NCBI GenBank assembly: GCA_964016885.1
Contig: OZ024751.1
Span: 36,270,001-36,334,000 of the forward strand
Reading direction: 5' to 3'
Source: Eledone cirrhosa
Lineage: Eukaryota
Length of the DNA stretch: 64,000 nt
Shown: one piece after another, positions 43,492-57,504 of the stretch
How the letters are laid out: the number at the start of each line of letters is the position of its first letter
How positions within the stretch are numbered: the first letter of the stretch is position 1
Position numbers and translations under genes: made by a program
Notes under the pieces: model-generated
Database searches by the model: none
The model's input: the letters and a program-made list of their open reading frames with translations, nothing else
Told to the model about the DNA's origin: nothing

Positions 43492-43982
43492 GGAGAAATA
43501 ACGGCACTACCTGGAGTAATACTCTCATATCCGGAGAAATAACGGCACTACCTGGAGTAATACTCTCATATCCGGAGAAATAACGGCACTACCTGGAGTA
43601 ATACTCTCATATCCGGAGAAATAACGGCACTACCTGGAGTAATACTCTCATATCCGGAGAAATAACGGCACTACCTGGAGTAATACTCTCATATCCGGAG
43701 AAATAACGGCACTACCTGGAGTAATACTCTCACTTCGGAGAAATAACGGCACTACCTGGAGTAATACTCTCATATCCGGAGAAATAACGGCACTACCTGG
43801 AGTAATACTCTCATATCCGGAGAAATAACGGCACTACCTGGAGTAATACTCTCATATCCGGAGAAATAACGGCACTACCTGGAGTAATACTCTCATATCC
43901 GGAGAAATAACGGCACTACCTGGAGTAATACTCTCATATCCGGAGAAATAACGGCACTACCTGGAGTAATACTCTCATATCC
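43492..43982. repeat. 41-bp tandem repeat, 12 nearly identical units
   Basis: Unit GGAGAAATAACGGCACTACCTGGAGTAATACTCTCATATCC; the sixth unit is a 40-bp variant ending CACTTC. Confidence 0.95.
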
Positions 43983-44276
43983 GAGCTACACATTCTATCC
44001 TGTAATATTATTCCAAATACCTTTCTAAGGAACCATATTTCGGTTGCTTGTCTTCGCGATTGTATTCTTTCAGTCATTTGAAGACACTTAGAATAGACTT
44101 CACTCAATTAAGTGAGAGAAAAGAATTTCATACATACATAGATACACACATATGAATATGTGTGTGAATACATGTGTATGTAAACATGTATGTATACATG
44201 TATGTATGCATGTAAAAAAAAAAATATATATATATAATTACATACATGCACACATCACACACACAAGTATATATAC

Positions 44277-44332
<56 letters not shown>

Positions 44333-45485
44333 GTGTGTGTAAGTATATATATATATATATACATATCTGTGTGCGTGCGTGTGTGTACCAATGCAGAGCC
44401 ATCAATTTCTACACCTTGCGCATATCTTTTTGATATTTTATCAAATCTTTATCAACAGTTACCATCAACATATAGCGTTCTTTCCATATTTAGACACACA
44501 CACACACATACACACGCACACATATGTATATATATACACACACACACATATATATATGTATATATATATATATATATATTAATAAGATTATTTATTTGCA
44601 ATCTTATGGTTGCGAGCTATTTTTTTCTGTTATAATCTTGCCTTACGCCCACGCATTTGACTTCCTTCCTGGCATGCCATGCTGCTCTATTTTATTTTCA
44701 TTTTTTTAACCTAATCATTTTTTTCCTTTTGTTATTTACTGTTGATCTCTGCTTTTTGTTTAAGCTTCTTTTTATCGATTTAATATTATTTATTTTCTTC
44801 TCTTTCTCCCTCCTTATATTTTCATATTCCTGTCTCTTGTTCTTGTTTTTTGGTTTTTTTTCTATTTACTCTTTCATTGCCAACCTTGTTTTTTTCTTCG
44901 CATTGTTCCATATTCTTATGTTGGTGAAAATGGCGTAGCGAGTTCAGTGTCGACAAATTTGAACAAGATGGAGGATTTATTTTTTGTTGTTAAATATTTG
45001 AAAGCGATATAGAACTTTACTAATACATAAAATTCTCTATAACAGATTTCAAACGTTTCTCATTCTATGAAGCAGAGATCGAGCTTCAATCCATTACCTA
45101 CCATATGTTCATTTGGCTTTCACTACATGATTGTGTGTGTAAAACTTGGGATAAATTTTTTTTTGGGGGGGGGGGGGGGGGGGTACTGAAGCGTCTAAGT
45201 AATTGAGTTAAGCAACAAACGCCGTGAGACATTAAGCAATTAACCTACTGACGCTTGTCTCTTTCAACCTCAATTGTATGGCACAGCCCAAAGATCATTT
45301 TAATATTTCTGCTTGCAATTGCTCTGTTGATATTTCCTTTAAGTTTGAAACACTTACAGCCCGGAGCGAGAGTATTTCCTTTCCTAATTTTATCAAGTTA
45401 TAAACAGTATGATTTCATTGACGTAAGAAATTATTTGAAATTATAGTTTGGCGATTTTCGTATGTGTGTGTATATTATATATATA

Positions 45486-45607
<122 letters not shown>

Positions 45608-45732
45608 TGTGTGTGTGAATGCGTGAGGGCTAGTCTGAAGTTTTTTGTGCGTTTATGGTATGTGAATATGTATTTAAATATGTATAATGCATGTGTATAT
45701 TTATATACTCATTGAATCTTGTTTAACTATTT

Positions 45733-45802
<70 letters not shown>

Positions 45803-45919
45803 TGTGTGCGTGTGTGCGTGTGTGCGTGTGTGTATGTGCGTGCGTTCGTATAAGTTTGTCTGTGTATGTGCGTCCATGTGTCTGTCTGTCTTTATATTTG
45901 TGTCTTTGTCCGTGCTTAC

Positions 45920-46065
45920 ATCCCGACAAAATGAAACCGATGAAATAAGTGCCAGAAATAAAAAGAATAAGTACTGGGTTCATTATGATAGAGAAAATCC
46001 TTTTAAGGCGGTGCCCCAGAATGACCGTAGTCTAATGACTTAAACCAATAAATATATAAAAGAGT
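45920..46065 (+). mobile_element. SINE 3' tail fragment (related pieces at ~10360-10500 +, 20115-20180 -, 10890-10980 -, 54535-54570 -)
   Basis: Recurrent motif AAGGCGGTGCCCCAG(C/A)ATG(G/A)CCG followed by an A-rich tail. Confidence 0.55.
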
Positions 46066-46783
46066 AGAACAATAAAAATCAATTCGTATTAGGCAGTCTT
46101 TTTTAGAAAAAAAAATTTCTAGAGCCTAAAAATGAGGGCTGCAATTAACTTAATGAGGATTTTGTGGCAGTTTTGTAATTAGTAGTAGAAGTGCCTGTCC
46201 TAAATATTAGATATTCCTTGATTGTAATTAGTAGCTGTAACTCTCCTAAATTTTAGGTATTGCTTGCCTTTCCTTAACCAGATTTTTGTTTTATGACTCA
46301 GTCTAACTAATTGATATATGTATAGAATAGTTGTGATGTCAAGTTTCTATAATGGCTTCGAACGCATAATTTTGCACGTTTCTCTATTTATAGTATATTT
46401 ATAGTAAACCCAGACAATTTGAATGAATGTTTGAGTTGCACATCTAGTTGGCTATCGTGAAACAAAACCATAAAAGTAGCAGTGAATCAATTGTTGTCGT
46501 CTTATTAATGAGTATCAAATCTTTATCTGGAGACGAGATCAGTTAACGATGGAGGTGAATAAAATGTTAATCACCTCTCATTTAAACTATCGATTGTTAA
46601 TTTTGTCATGGATACAAGAAGAGTAACATAAATGATTTAATTCAACATAGTTTGTAGCTAGACGTGTCACACTGTCTCTGCTCCTCTCTCCCCGAACACA
46701 ATCCCCTACTTCCTTAAACGGTGGTTAGAAACTGAATCTTTTATTCACAGTATTATCTGAATATTATCTCATTACTGTAAGAG

Positions 46784-47008
46784 CAGGTTTAGCTGGCCTC
46801 CGCCAAGGTATAACTCATTGGGGGTGTTTTGGGTGATTTAAGGATATGGACCCCAGTCCTATCATCACATTTTTACAGCTGAGTAAACTGGAGCAACGTG
46901 AAATAAAGTGTCTTGCTCAAGGAAACAACTCATCACCCGGTCCTAGAATTGAACTCACATCCTTTCGACTGCAAGCCCAATTCTCTAACCACTAAACCAT
47001 GCGCCTTC
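46784..47008 (-). mobile_element. Family B SINE with a 10-bp target-site duplication
   Basis: Reverse complement of the 29234 element; ACTGTAAGAG at 46774-46783 and 47009-47018. Confidence 0.85.
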
Positions 47009-48727
47009 ACTGTAAGAGTAGAGGAGACACTGAATATATACATGGGGACACTAGGCAGCTATCCGAGAGTACACCGACTCCTGGAATCGAAAGCTAAACT
47101 TGGTATGCTGTGGCTGCGTATGTAGTGCTATAGTCCATTGCTTTGTCAGGAAGGAACAGCGAGTTTAGGGATTGCAATGCTTGTATATGTTTAGAGCATC
47201 AATTCTTGTGTATGTTGAAGCCCTGGAGCACTGCTTTGTTAGGGTGGTGAAGCAGGTTAAAAGATCCAAAATTAATTTAGGTATTTATGGTTGTATATGT
47301 TGGGGCTTTAATGCATTGCTTTGCATAGGGACCCACAAAGGTTAGGCTTCTACTACTAATATAAGTGCGATGTGGCTGTGGTTGTAGAAGTTTCAATACA
47401 TTGTTTAAGACTGTTAAGACGACCCTGAGTAAGAAACTAACACCAAGCACCACATTTTATTCATATCCTCAACAGTTCTTTTCCTTTTATTTTATGTGAT
47501 CCGGTCTTCTTCCATAAACACCTTGTTATCTATGTGGAACGACGTAAAAATTAATTGATCTTAGTATTCTGTCACGCTAGTAAGTTTAGATCTCCACATA
47601 ACAGTTTGTTTATTTTTTTGTTTTTGTTTTTATTTGTTTAGTATTTGGTTTTCTATTTTACTTGTTTAGTAATACTTCCCTTTTCTTCGATTCATCCAGC
47701 TGTTCAGAGAAGCTTGTATATAAGGATGGTTTAACATGAATGCACTCTGTTAGGTTAAGGATGGCAAAACCTTCTCAAAATGAGCTTCGGATATACGCCC
47801 ATGTATCATATAAGGGATGTAAGAAAGATCTGGCTCACAAGGTATTCGCTGATGTTGCTTATGAACATTCAAACTGAAGTTATCGTTGCTGAAATTACTT
47901 CTATATTCTTGGTTTCAGTAGTTACTTTTCTCAATAAACTTATTTCTATTATTTCATATATTTTCTTTACGTTTCTTCCTAGATTTTTAGACAGAAAACC
48001 TTGAAGTGAACAAAATATCTACAATTTATTTCGGTTGTGTTATTTCTACCTTTTTTCTTCTACCTTCACAAGGAAAAAAAATCATCTTACTTTACTATAA
48101 AACTTTAGTAAATAAATATCTTTGAACGTAAGATCCAGATTGCAGTTGGCATTAATGTTTATTTTACCATAACCGCACGGAAAAAGTTTTTCTTTTTTTG
48201 GCTTTTTTCTTCACATGAACAACATAAATATATATCTAAATAAAACAAAATAAACAGAAGCAAAAACAATGAAACCAATTTGATTGAGATAGCGTTTCCG
48301 GCACTGAGACTATATTCTGATGCAATAACGGAAATCTTAGATCGCTTAATATTCTTCAAGACTTTGATATATTTTTTCCCTTGGATTGATTTATTATTAG
48401 TAGTATTATCATTATTATTATTGTTGTTGTTGATGCTCTTCTTGTTGTTGTTGTTGTTATTGTTGGTACTGCTGGTGTTGTTGTTGTTGTCGTCGTCGTT
48501 GTTGTGAATAATGTTTTCGTGTGTAGCTACTTGTATTTATGTGTGATTGTGTGTATATGTTGTGTGAGATGTGTGATGTTTGTGAGTTAGTGATTATACC
48601 TAGAGATGTGTGTTGCTTTCTTACATCTCCAGTGAATATGTAAAAAAAATAGAAATCCAAATACTATTTTTCCTTCAGCACTCGTGTATTTGAAATCTAT
48701 ATACAAGTTCATGCGTCTGTGTCACAC

Positions 48728-48848
<121 letters not shown>

Positions 48849-50560
48849 CATATATGCATATATATATATACATGTGTGTTTGTGTGCGTGAGTGTGCGTA
48901 CATTTATATATATATACACACACACATATATATATATATGTATATATCCATCAAAATACATCAGTGTAGATATTTACAGTCATATATATACAAACTGAGG
49001 AAATACATTGACATACATGTGTGTGTTTGAATGTGTTTATATGTAGAGAACTTTAGCTGTACATTCTAAGAAAAATCCAAAACTGATGAAAGCGTGGAAA
49101 CGAAGAAATAATCTGTTAAGGAAGATAAAGAAAATAGTGTTGTCAGAATTCTCTGAAAAATGGAAATCATTTCCTTATAGTTGAATTGTGAAGAATCATA
49201 ATAAAAACATTGAAAGCATTCTCTGAAGCATGCCAAACCGACTACTAAATTGTTTAAGAACTGGGTAGGAAAATTGTAATAAGGAAGACATCATGAAAGA
49301 CTCAGCGGATGGAAATTTGGAAATATGTTTTTTCATTTAACTTTTAACGTCCTATAAGGATTTAGCAGAAAATATCTAAAAATTATTTAGTTAATTCAAA
49401 TATTTATAATATCCTTACTAGTGTACAGATTATAGTAAACATTTGCAAATTTAAAGAAAAAAAATAACTTGTACTTTTTACGAATTTCTTGTTAGTGCAG
49501 TTTTATGAGGTTTTTACATTCGAATTTTTATAATATATTTACTAGTGGAGATAATATTTGCATGTTCAATGTGATACGGCCATCGTGGTATTTTATATTT
49601 TAATGTTCATGGAACAGTTCTTGGGTTGTCCTCTTGAGCAAGATCCCTCATTTCTCGCTGCTCTTCCATAAGTCTGGTACCCCTAAATTAAAACACTGAA
49701 AGATTATCCTATGATATTCAACTTCATAAGTGGCCAGGTAAATATAAATATGTGCCAGCTGTAAATATCGCTGTTGTTTTTTTTTGTTTTTTTTTTGTTC
49801 TTTTATTTTGTTTTTTTTTTCGTTTCAATCTTTTTTGTGTCGTAAAGAAATCCTATTTTGTTTTTCATTTTAATGGCCACCATGTTTACAATTAACGATT
49901 CTGGCCATGATTATGAAGATTGAACTGAAAGTTTGCAAACTCAGAGATTTAACACTGAGTGATATTCAGATTTCTTTTTTAAGTACTTTTATCTATTATT
50001 GTATTACTTTGGTAACAGTAGTAGACAGGCTTTTCAATCAGTAACCTATTCTTTCTCTTGAAAATATCGGAATTCACATTAAAATGAGAACATAAGATAC
50101 AACAATCCGCCATCTTGTAAGTATTCCATCAGATATAAACATATAAACAGATTAACTTTCTTATATGAAACATACTATACAAATAGATTTCTAAAGTACG
50201 TTTCTCTCTCCCTCTTGTAATATCAAACCACAAGTATCTCCTTGAACTGTCAAACTAATGACGTCTTTCTTTTATTTATTTAATATAAACAACTTTGTGC
50301 ATTTTTGATTATTGGTCTTTTTTAAACGTGAAGTCTCTCAACAGAATAGAATGTGACAGGAGGGTTTGTAGTTGGAAATCAAGCAAATTAATTCTAGTCC
50401 TTTTGCTTAAGTTAAAGGATATGACTATAATTTCTGAATGCTTGACTATCTAATATAACATATGTAAGAGAAGAAACGAAAGTACACTTGTGGTTATTGA
50501 AGTTCCTTGCTGTGAACAGAACATTATTATATCCAGACGACAATTCTATAGAAATCCATT

Positions 50561-50616
<56 letters not shown>

Positions 50617-50653
50617 GTATGGGTGGGTGTTTCTGTGTGTATGTATGCATGTG

Positions 50654-50716
<63 letters not shown>

Positions 50717-50777
50717 GTGTGTAAATATGGGGGGATGGCTAGATGTTCGTCACTGTGAGTATATGTATGTATATTCA

Positions 50778-50852
<75 letters not shown>

Positions 50853-51039
50853 GTATGTGTGTAATAAAAGTGCATGTGTACATTACAACTGGGTTTCTGT
50901 ATGTGTACGTATGTCTAGTGTATATAGGTATATAGTTGTGTAGGTGTGTTAAGTGTGTGTAGGATTCTCTGGCAGTATGCAAAAGTTAAGTTTTAAAAAA
51001 AGTTTGTTTCTGACCTACTAAGGCCTAGATATGTGATTC

Positions 51040-51102
<63 letters not shown>

Positions 51103-51122
51103 TGTGTGTGTGTATATGTGTG

Positions 51123-51158
<36 letters not shown>

Positions 51159-51750
51159 TGTGTGTGTGTATGTGTGTGTATGTCTGTGTGTATTTGTGTG
51201 TGTGTATGTGTGTGTGTGTGTATGTGTATGGGTGTGTGTGTGTGTATGTGTGTGTGTGTGTGTGTGTGCGTGTATGTGTATATGTGTGTGTGTGTGTGTG
51301 TGGATTTACTTATTTACTTATTTATTTATTTATCTGTGTGCTCGAATAGGCACGAATAGTAGAAAGCAGGTTAGTTAAGAAGCCTATTTCTCTGTCATTA
51401 GATTCCGGATTGTAACCAGAGAGTTCTGCTATGGATTTATTGATGGAATTTGGCAGACTGAAACTGTGTGGAAGACTGTCACAAGGGCATTCTTAGTAAT
51501 TTAACGGAATCTGTATTAGCACACTTAGTGACAAGCTGGGTTTGTCCGACGATTGCCTTTAAAAGTATCAGTGGTTTTGGGACATCCAACAAAGCTAAGA
51601 ATTTCGTTGATTGCAAAAGGGGAATATTAACAGATGAACTCCATAATCATATCCATATCCATCGGTGGCAAAACTAATACTATATATACATTTATATACA
51701 TACACAATAATGCGCACAAACACATATGCACACACACACACACACACACG

Positions 51751-51786
<36 letters not shown>

Positions 51787-51794
<8 letters not shown>

Positions 51795-51858
51795 CGGTTT
51801 GCAATAATTGCGTCCGTAGGCGGTATGCTGTTTGAGCACTCGATGCTTGCGCAGAATA
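51787..51858 (-). mobile_element. Isolated 3' tail related to the 55.2-kb hammerhead element
   Basis: Reverse complement gcaagcatcgagtgctcaaacagcataccgcctacggacgc resembles 55410-55452 gtaagagtatcgagtgctcaaacggcctaccgcatacggacgc. Confidence 0.7.
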
Positions 51859-51895
51859 ATATATACACACACGCACACACACATATATATATATA

Positions 51896-51987
<92 letters not shown>

Positions 51988-51989
51988 TA

Positions 51990-52054
<65 letters not shown>

Positions 52055-52210
52055 GTAGGAGGTGAGTTTTATTGTAGTACAATAAAGCAATGCAGATATC
52101 GGATAAGAAGCACTCTACAGTTTGTAGGACTGGAGTATACATAATATATAAGAACAAAAGATGGTTAAAGGAGTTCCATGTATTTTATTATGCGCATATC
52201 ATGTCCTCCT

Positions 52211-52279
52211 GTTTTATCTGATGAAAACACAAATATTATTGCATGATGATGTTTGTTTTTGAAATGCGCATAATAAAAT
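52211..52279 (+). ncRNA. Minimal hammerhead motif within a fold-back element (arms 52137-52197 and 52264-52324)
   Basis: GTTTTAT CTGATGA AAACACAAATATTATT..ATGATGTTTGTTTTT GAAA TGCGCA TA ATAAAAT; the stem III hexamer TGCGCA is a perfect palindrome. Confidence 0.82.
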
Positions 52280-52323
52280 ACATGGAACTCCTTTAACCAT
52301 CTTTTGTTCTTATATATTATGTA

Positions 52324-52468
<145 letters not shown>

Positions 52469-52469
52469 T

Positions 52470-52563
<94 letters not shown>

Positions 52564-52750
52564 TGTAAATATTTATGAGTTCATATTACTGGAAAGACAA
52601 CGTTATTAAGTTGTGGCAAGATATTAATAGCAGAGTTTTTAATTAGATTCCATTCTTATTAGCAGTGATAACACTTTATGTAGTTCTCTTCATCTTTTAT
52701 CTCAGCGTCACAGTAGTGATATATATATAATTATAGAACTATATATATAC

Positions 52751-52797
<47 letters not shown>

Positions 52798-52852
52798 TAG
52801 AACTATATATATATATGCATTTACATATATATATATATATAACTACATATAT

Positions 52853-52886
<34 letters not shown>

Positions 52887-53742
52887 GCATATATATACTT
52901 ATATCACATGCAGATACATACACACAGAAACACACATACACACACACAGAAACACACATACACACACACAGAAACACACACACACACACACACACATGTA
53001 TATATATGTGTGTGTCTGTGTATATATAATTGTGGATTGTAAATGTCTATTAAGAAATATGACTATATTGATATGTTTTACTTTTCTGTGTAGTGTATAT
53101 AATTATGGAATATATATAGATGGAGATATATCGCTATAAATCCGGAAATATATTTTATAAATGCGAGATAAGGAGAACATGAGAAAATATTGACTGCATT
53201 GATGATTATCAATCAAATCTAATCGAATTAACAGCTAACAGTTTCTTCGAAATCCAGTTAGTTGTTTATATATATTAAGTTTCTTTGTGGTCACCAAGAA
53301 AATATGTTGTTCCTTCTCTTTCTTCTCTTGATCTTCACCCTCCCCCATCTCACTCCTCCCCCCTCTCTCTCTCTCTATATATATATATATTTCATTTTTG
53401 TTGTCCAATCTATTTCCATCTTCCTGTCTCTGTCTCCTTCTCTCTCTCTCTCTCTCTCTCTCTCGCCTTCTCTTATGGTCGATGTTATTTTCGGCTAGAA
53501 ACATGTAGAAGACAAACTCGACACTTTTGGATAGGCGGTACTTTGCAATGGAGCTCTGCGATGGCCAATGCGTTGCTGCAGAGGGGGAGCCAGAGACATC
53601 CGCTGTATCAGCCATTTCTCCTCATATTTAGAGGTCATTACATCCTCGGATAAGAAAAGCACGAGTCTACGGACGTAGGAACCCATGGGTTGGGCTAAAT
53701 GACAACCTACACACACACACACACACACAAACACACACGCAT

Positions 53743-53813
<71 letters not shown>

Positions 53814-54339
53814 CACACACAATAAAAATGAGGATCACCCAGTCAATAGTTGATATATTTAGAGATGTATAAGAGATCTATTTTCGTCCTTTTAAATATT
53901 AAGTTAAATATAAGATATATTTTTGCTAGGCGCCTTTGATTATAATGCCAGCAGCTTTGCTTTAATGTTCTTGATTTTATGAATAGACATATCCTATAAT
54001 ATGGTAATATGGACAAATTGTTGCGTGTCTTTCTGTATTTAAACCATCTCAATTTCTGTGTCTATTCAATAATGATGCCATAGTGTCCGAACTATGAAAT
54101 CTCCAAGTCGGTCATGTTTGTTTATATACTCTAGTTTTGGCTAAGACTTGGATGGCAAGAAAATTATGTGATTGATTGTGTCTTGACAGGCTTAATATAT
54201 TCTGCATATATATTTCCTAATAATAGTTAGGTTAGTGATAACATATTTAATGAAGGGAATATTAAACAGCTAAATTATTCGGTACAGAAACAAATCATTA
54301 TTTGCTTATTCTTTTGTTCTTTTATTATTTGTATTGTTT

Positions 54340-54528
54340 GGGGGTGGATTGGAAGTATCGGTAGAGGGTCGGACACCATGCTTTGCAGCATAGTTACGTC
54401 CCTTTATGATCTGAGTTCAAATCCAGTCAAGGTTTACTTTGGCTTTCATCCTTACGGGGTCGATAAAATAAAGTACCAGTAATGTACTGAGTAATTGCTG
54501 GCCTTGTGCCAAATGTAGAAACAATTAT
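54340..54528 (+). mobile_element. tRNA-derived SINE (family A)
   Basis: Matches the 14295 element. ATTATTTGTA occurs on both sides (possible TSD). Confidence 0.85.
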
Positions 54529-54841
54529 TTGTACTGGTTTCGGTCATTGGACTATGGCCATGCTGAAGCCGTGGTTCCATTTGTTTGATTATTTTACTCA
54601 ATCATATCGACATGAGTAATTCCTATTATCAAGACCAGTAATTATATTATCGATCTTCTTTTTTCGACTCGCCGCCATATTACGAGACTTAAACACAGAC
54701 ACAGAGACAAATATACATAAACACACATTCAATGTGATTTTATAGTCCACAGCCAGATAGGTAAAAAAAAACTGTTCAGAGTTTAATCTAATAGATACAT
54801 ATCTAATCACGGTAGTGTTACAAACTCACAGAGCACATATT

Positions 54842-54983
<142 letters not shown>

Positions 54984-55103
54984 TGTGTGTGTGTGTGTGT
55001 AAATGAAGTATTTCTGTCAGAAAGATACAGAAAAAAAGAGTGCTCTATGTAGGCTTCAAGAAACCACTGGTAAATGAAATAGGTATCTTATGTTGTTTAT
55101 TAC

Positions 55104-55157
<54 letters not shown>

Positions 55158-55255
55158 CATGAGAAACGGAGAATCAGTGGTGCGACGAATTAGAATTTAT
55201 TAGACATATTACAATCGTTTCTCTGCCGACCAGAGAACGGAAACTCGAGAGATTG

Positions 55256-55352
55256 AGACGTATCTGAAGAACTTGCGATTTCAGAGTCAGGTTCGATCAT
55301 CGCATCGATGCTGACTCGAGCTAGTCGCCAGAGAAATGATAGTAATATGTCT
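55256..55352 (+). ncRNA. Hammerhead motif with an extended stem II within a fold-back element (arms ~55157-55230 and ~55324-55391)
   Basis: AGACGTAT CTGAAGA [GCGATT/AGTCGC, GAGTCAG/CTGACTC and TCGAT/ATCGA stems] GAAA TGATAG TA ATATGTCT, with an 8-bp stem I. The inverted arm reads GAAA CGATTG TA. Confidence 0.72.
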
Positions 55353-55468
55353 AATAAATTCGTCGCACCACTGATTCTCCGTTTCTTATGTAATATTAAT
55401 CTGTGCTCTGTAAGAGTATCGAGTGCTCAAACGGCCTACCGCATACGGACGCTTTAAGCATCCCACAC

Positions 55469-55503
<35 letters not shown>

Positions 55504-55507
<4 letters not shown>

Positions 55508-55619
55508 AAGTATGACCCCGACGGCAGAGCTCAAGCCGTTTCGACGGCTATTTCTGGACTGAGTCCAGAAATAGCCATCGAAACGGCTTGAGCTCTGCCG
55601 TCGGGGTCATACTTTTTTC
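55504..55619. repeat. ~115-bp near-perfect hairpin followed by a pLTR-like tail (to ~55702), between (TA)n tracts
   Basis: gaaaaagtatgaccccgacggcagagctcaagccgtttcga...ggact-g-agtcc...tcgaaacggcttgagctctgccgtcggggtcatactttttt. Confidence 0.88.
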
Positions 55620-55698
55620 TATTTCCCACTCTACTACCCTAAGTATTGAGTACCCTGGTACGTTATGGTCCATTTGGTTCCTTACCACAATACCTTTG

Positions 55699-55758
<60 letters not shown>

Positions 55759-55951
55759 GTTTGTATATGTATAATAAAGCCAAAACAATGCAGGTATGGA
55801 CATAGAATAAAGAATGCAAATGCAAAAGATATTGTTGACAATTAGTCTTTTACCTTAGATTTATTTAAATGTCCTTAATTTTCGAGATAATATCTCTTCT
55901 TCGGAGGGAAGTAAAGCGGTTAAACCAGTGTTCTAAATAGCTTGCCAAGTC

Positions 55952-55999
<48 letters not shown>

Positions 56000-56012
<13 letters not shown>

Positions 56013-56301
56013 GCAGATTGTTGTTGTTGTGTGTGTGTGCATGTTCCATGTTTATCTATCTGAACAATTTAAAACCGATTCGACTCAAAGTATGTAAGAA
56101 TGTTGTAAATGGTCCAACTTAGGTCAACGACTATTTTTTTCATTCAAACTAACCCACAATTACGTAAATAATCGATAAAACTAAATACATGACGCTTTAC
56201 CCCTCTAATACAATCAGATATCCTCTCTGTACTCCCCTTAAAATTCGATAAAACTACATACATGCTGCAACTTTCTCTTATATACGATTAAACTTACAAA
56301 C

Positions 56302-56381
<80 letters not shown>

Positions 56382-56973
56382 TTTGTTTTTGAGTGTGGAA
56401 CGGTCAAACATATATTTACTTCAATGACAAAGAGAACTTATTACATTTCATACGAAACAACAATTATTCAAAAGCAACAGATAAATGTATTCAACAACAA
56501 CAAAAATACCGATAAATCTTTTTTAAAACATCTATCAACGAACGTGGCAGAAAGAAGTATCAGTTCATTTACTATACACAATAATATCCTCTATGCGATC
56601 ACTAAACCTGCTAGAAACAGCAACTAACTCTCCCCCATATCACACCCCTCCCTACTGACTTAAATTTAGAAAACACACATTAGACAACCATGCAGAACAA
56701 CTCCATCGTAGCTCTGTTGTTCGGCTGGCATCGTCTACGCGCGTGTAGCGCAAGTACTGTGAAACAATAAATTTAAACACTTCTTTGCAAAGAGATAATA
56801 TCCATAGGCGAAACTACAATTGTCACTGCTGGCGCAGCTCCTGCTTCGGCAGTCCTGGTTTGCAATTCATTCAACCAATGCCTGGCAGACAAAAAAGTGC
56901 TGCCATAAAATGGGTGGTGCAACTTAACTTTGGTAACTTACTGACCCCGAGCAACGCTTGGCTTTAATGCTAG
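56000..56973 (+). mobile_element. Non-autonomous Helitron
   Basis: 3' end has a hairpin CCGAGC-AAC-GCTTGG (56947-56961), a short spacer and CTAG followed by T. The 5' end TATATATAAAAGGCAGA...(GT)n...AAACCGATTCGACTCAAA is typical of Helitron-N starts. No TSD; the 5' TC is obscured by (TA)n. Confidence 0.65.
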
Positions 56974-57374
56974 TATATATATATAAACATGAGTGTGCTA
57001 TGTATTTATGCATGCTCGTATATATACCAATCAGCAGGAGAACTCAAACATATATTCCTTACTATCACTTCATGGTGAAATTTCAAAAGACACAGACAGC
57101 CATCCACGACTGTTCAATATTGCTAAATAATCTTAATTCGTTTATACATGTAGTCATGTCTCGCATATATACACATATATATACTTATATGTATATTGTT
57201 ATACGTATTCTAGATTGTATATGACTGTATCATCAAAGGCAAACACAGTGAATATGTGAGTACGTTCCTCGAAGATATATTTATTCAATCTTTATAACAC
57301 CATGCAGTCTGGAATCGGTTCCATTACACAGTGACACATACTGGTAGCGACAATAAAACCAAAGATCGTTAAAA

Positions 57375-57504
<130 letters not shown>

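Noticed and set aside
43492-43982. CRISPR-like array
   Set aside because: Head-to-tail units without unique spacers, in a eukaryotic context.
49083-49115. CTGATGA...GAAA motif (also CTGATGA at ~8458 and ~17037)
   Set aside because: No stem I complementarity, or no GAAA at the required position.
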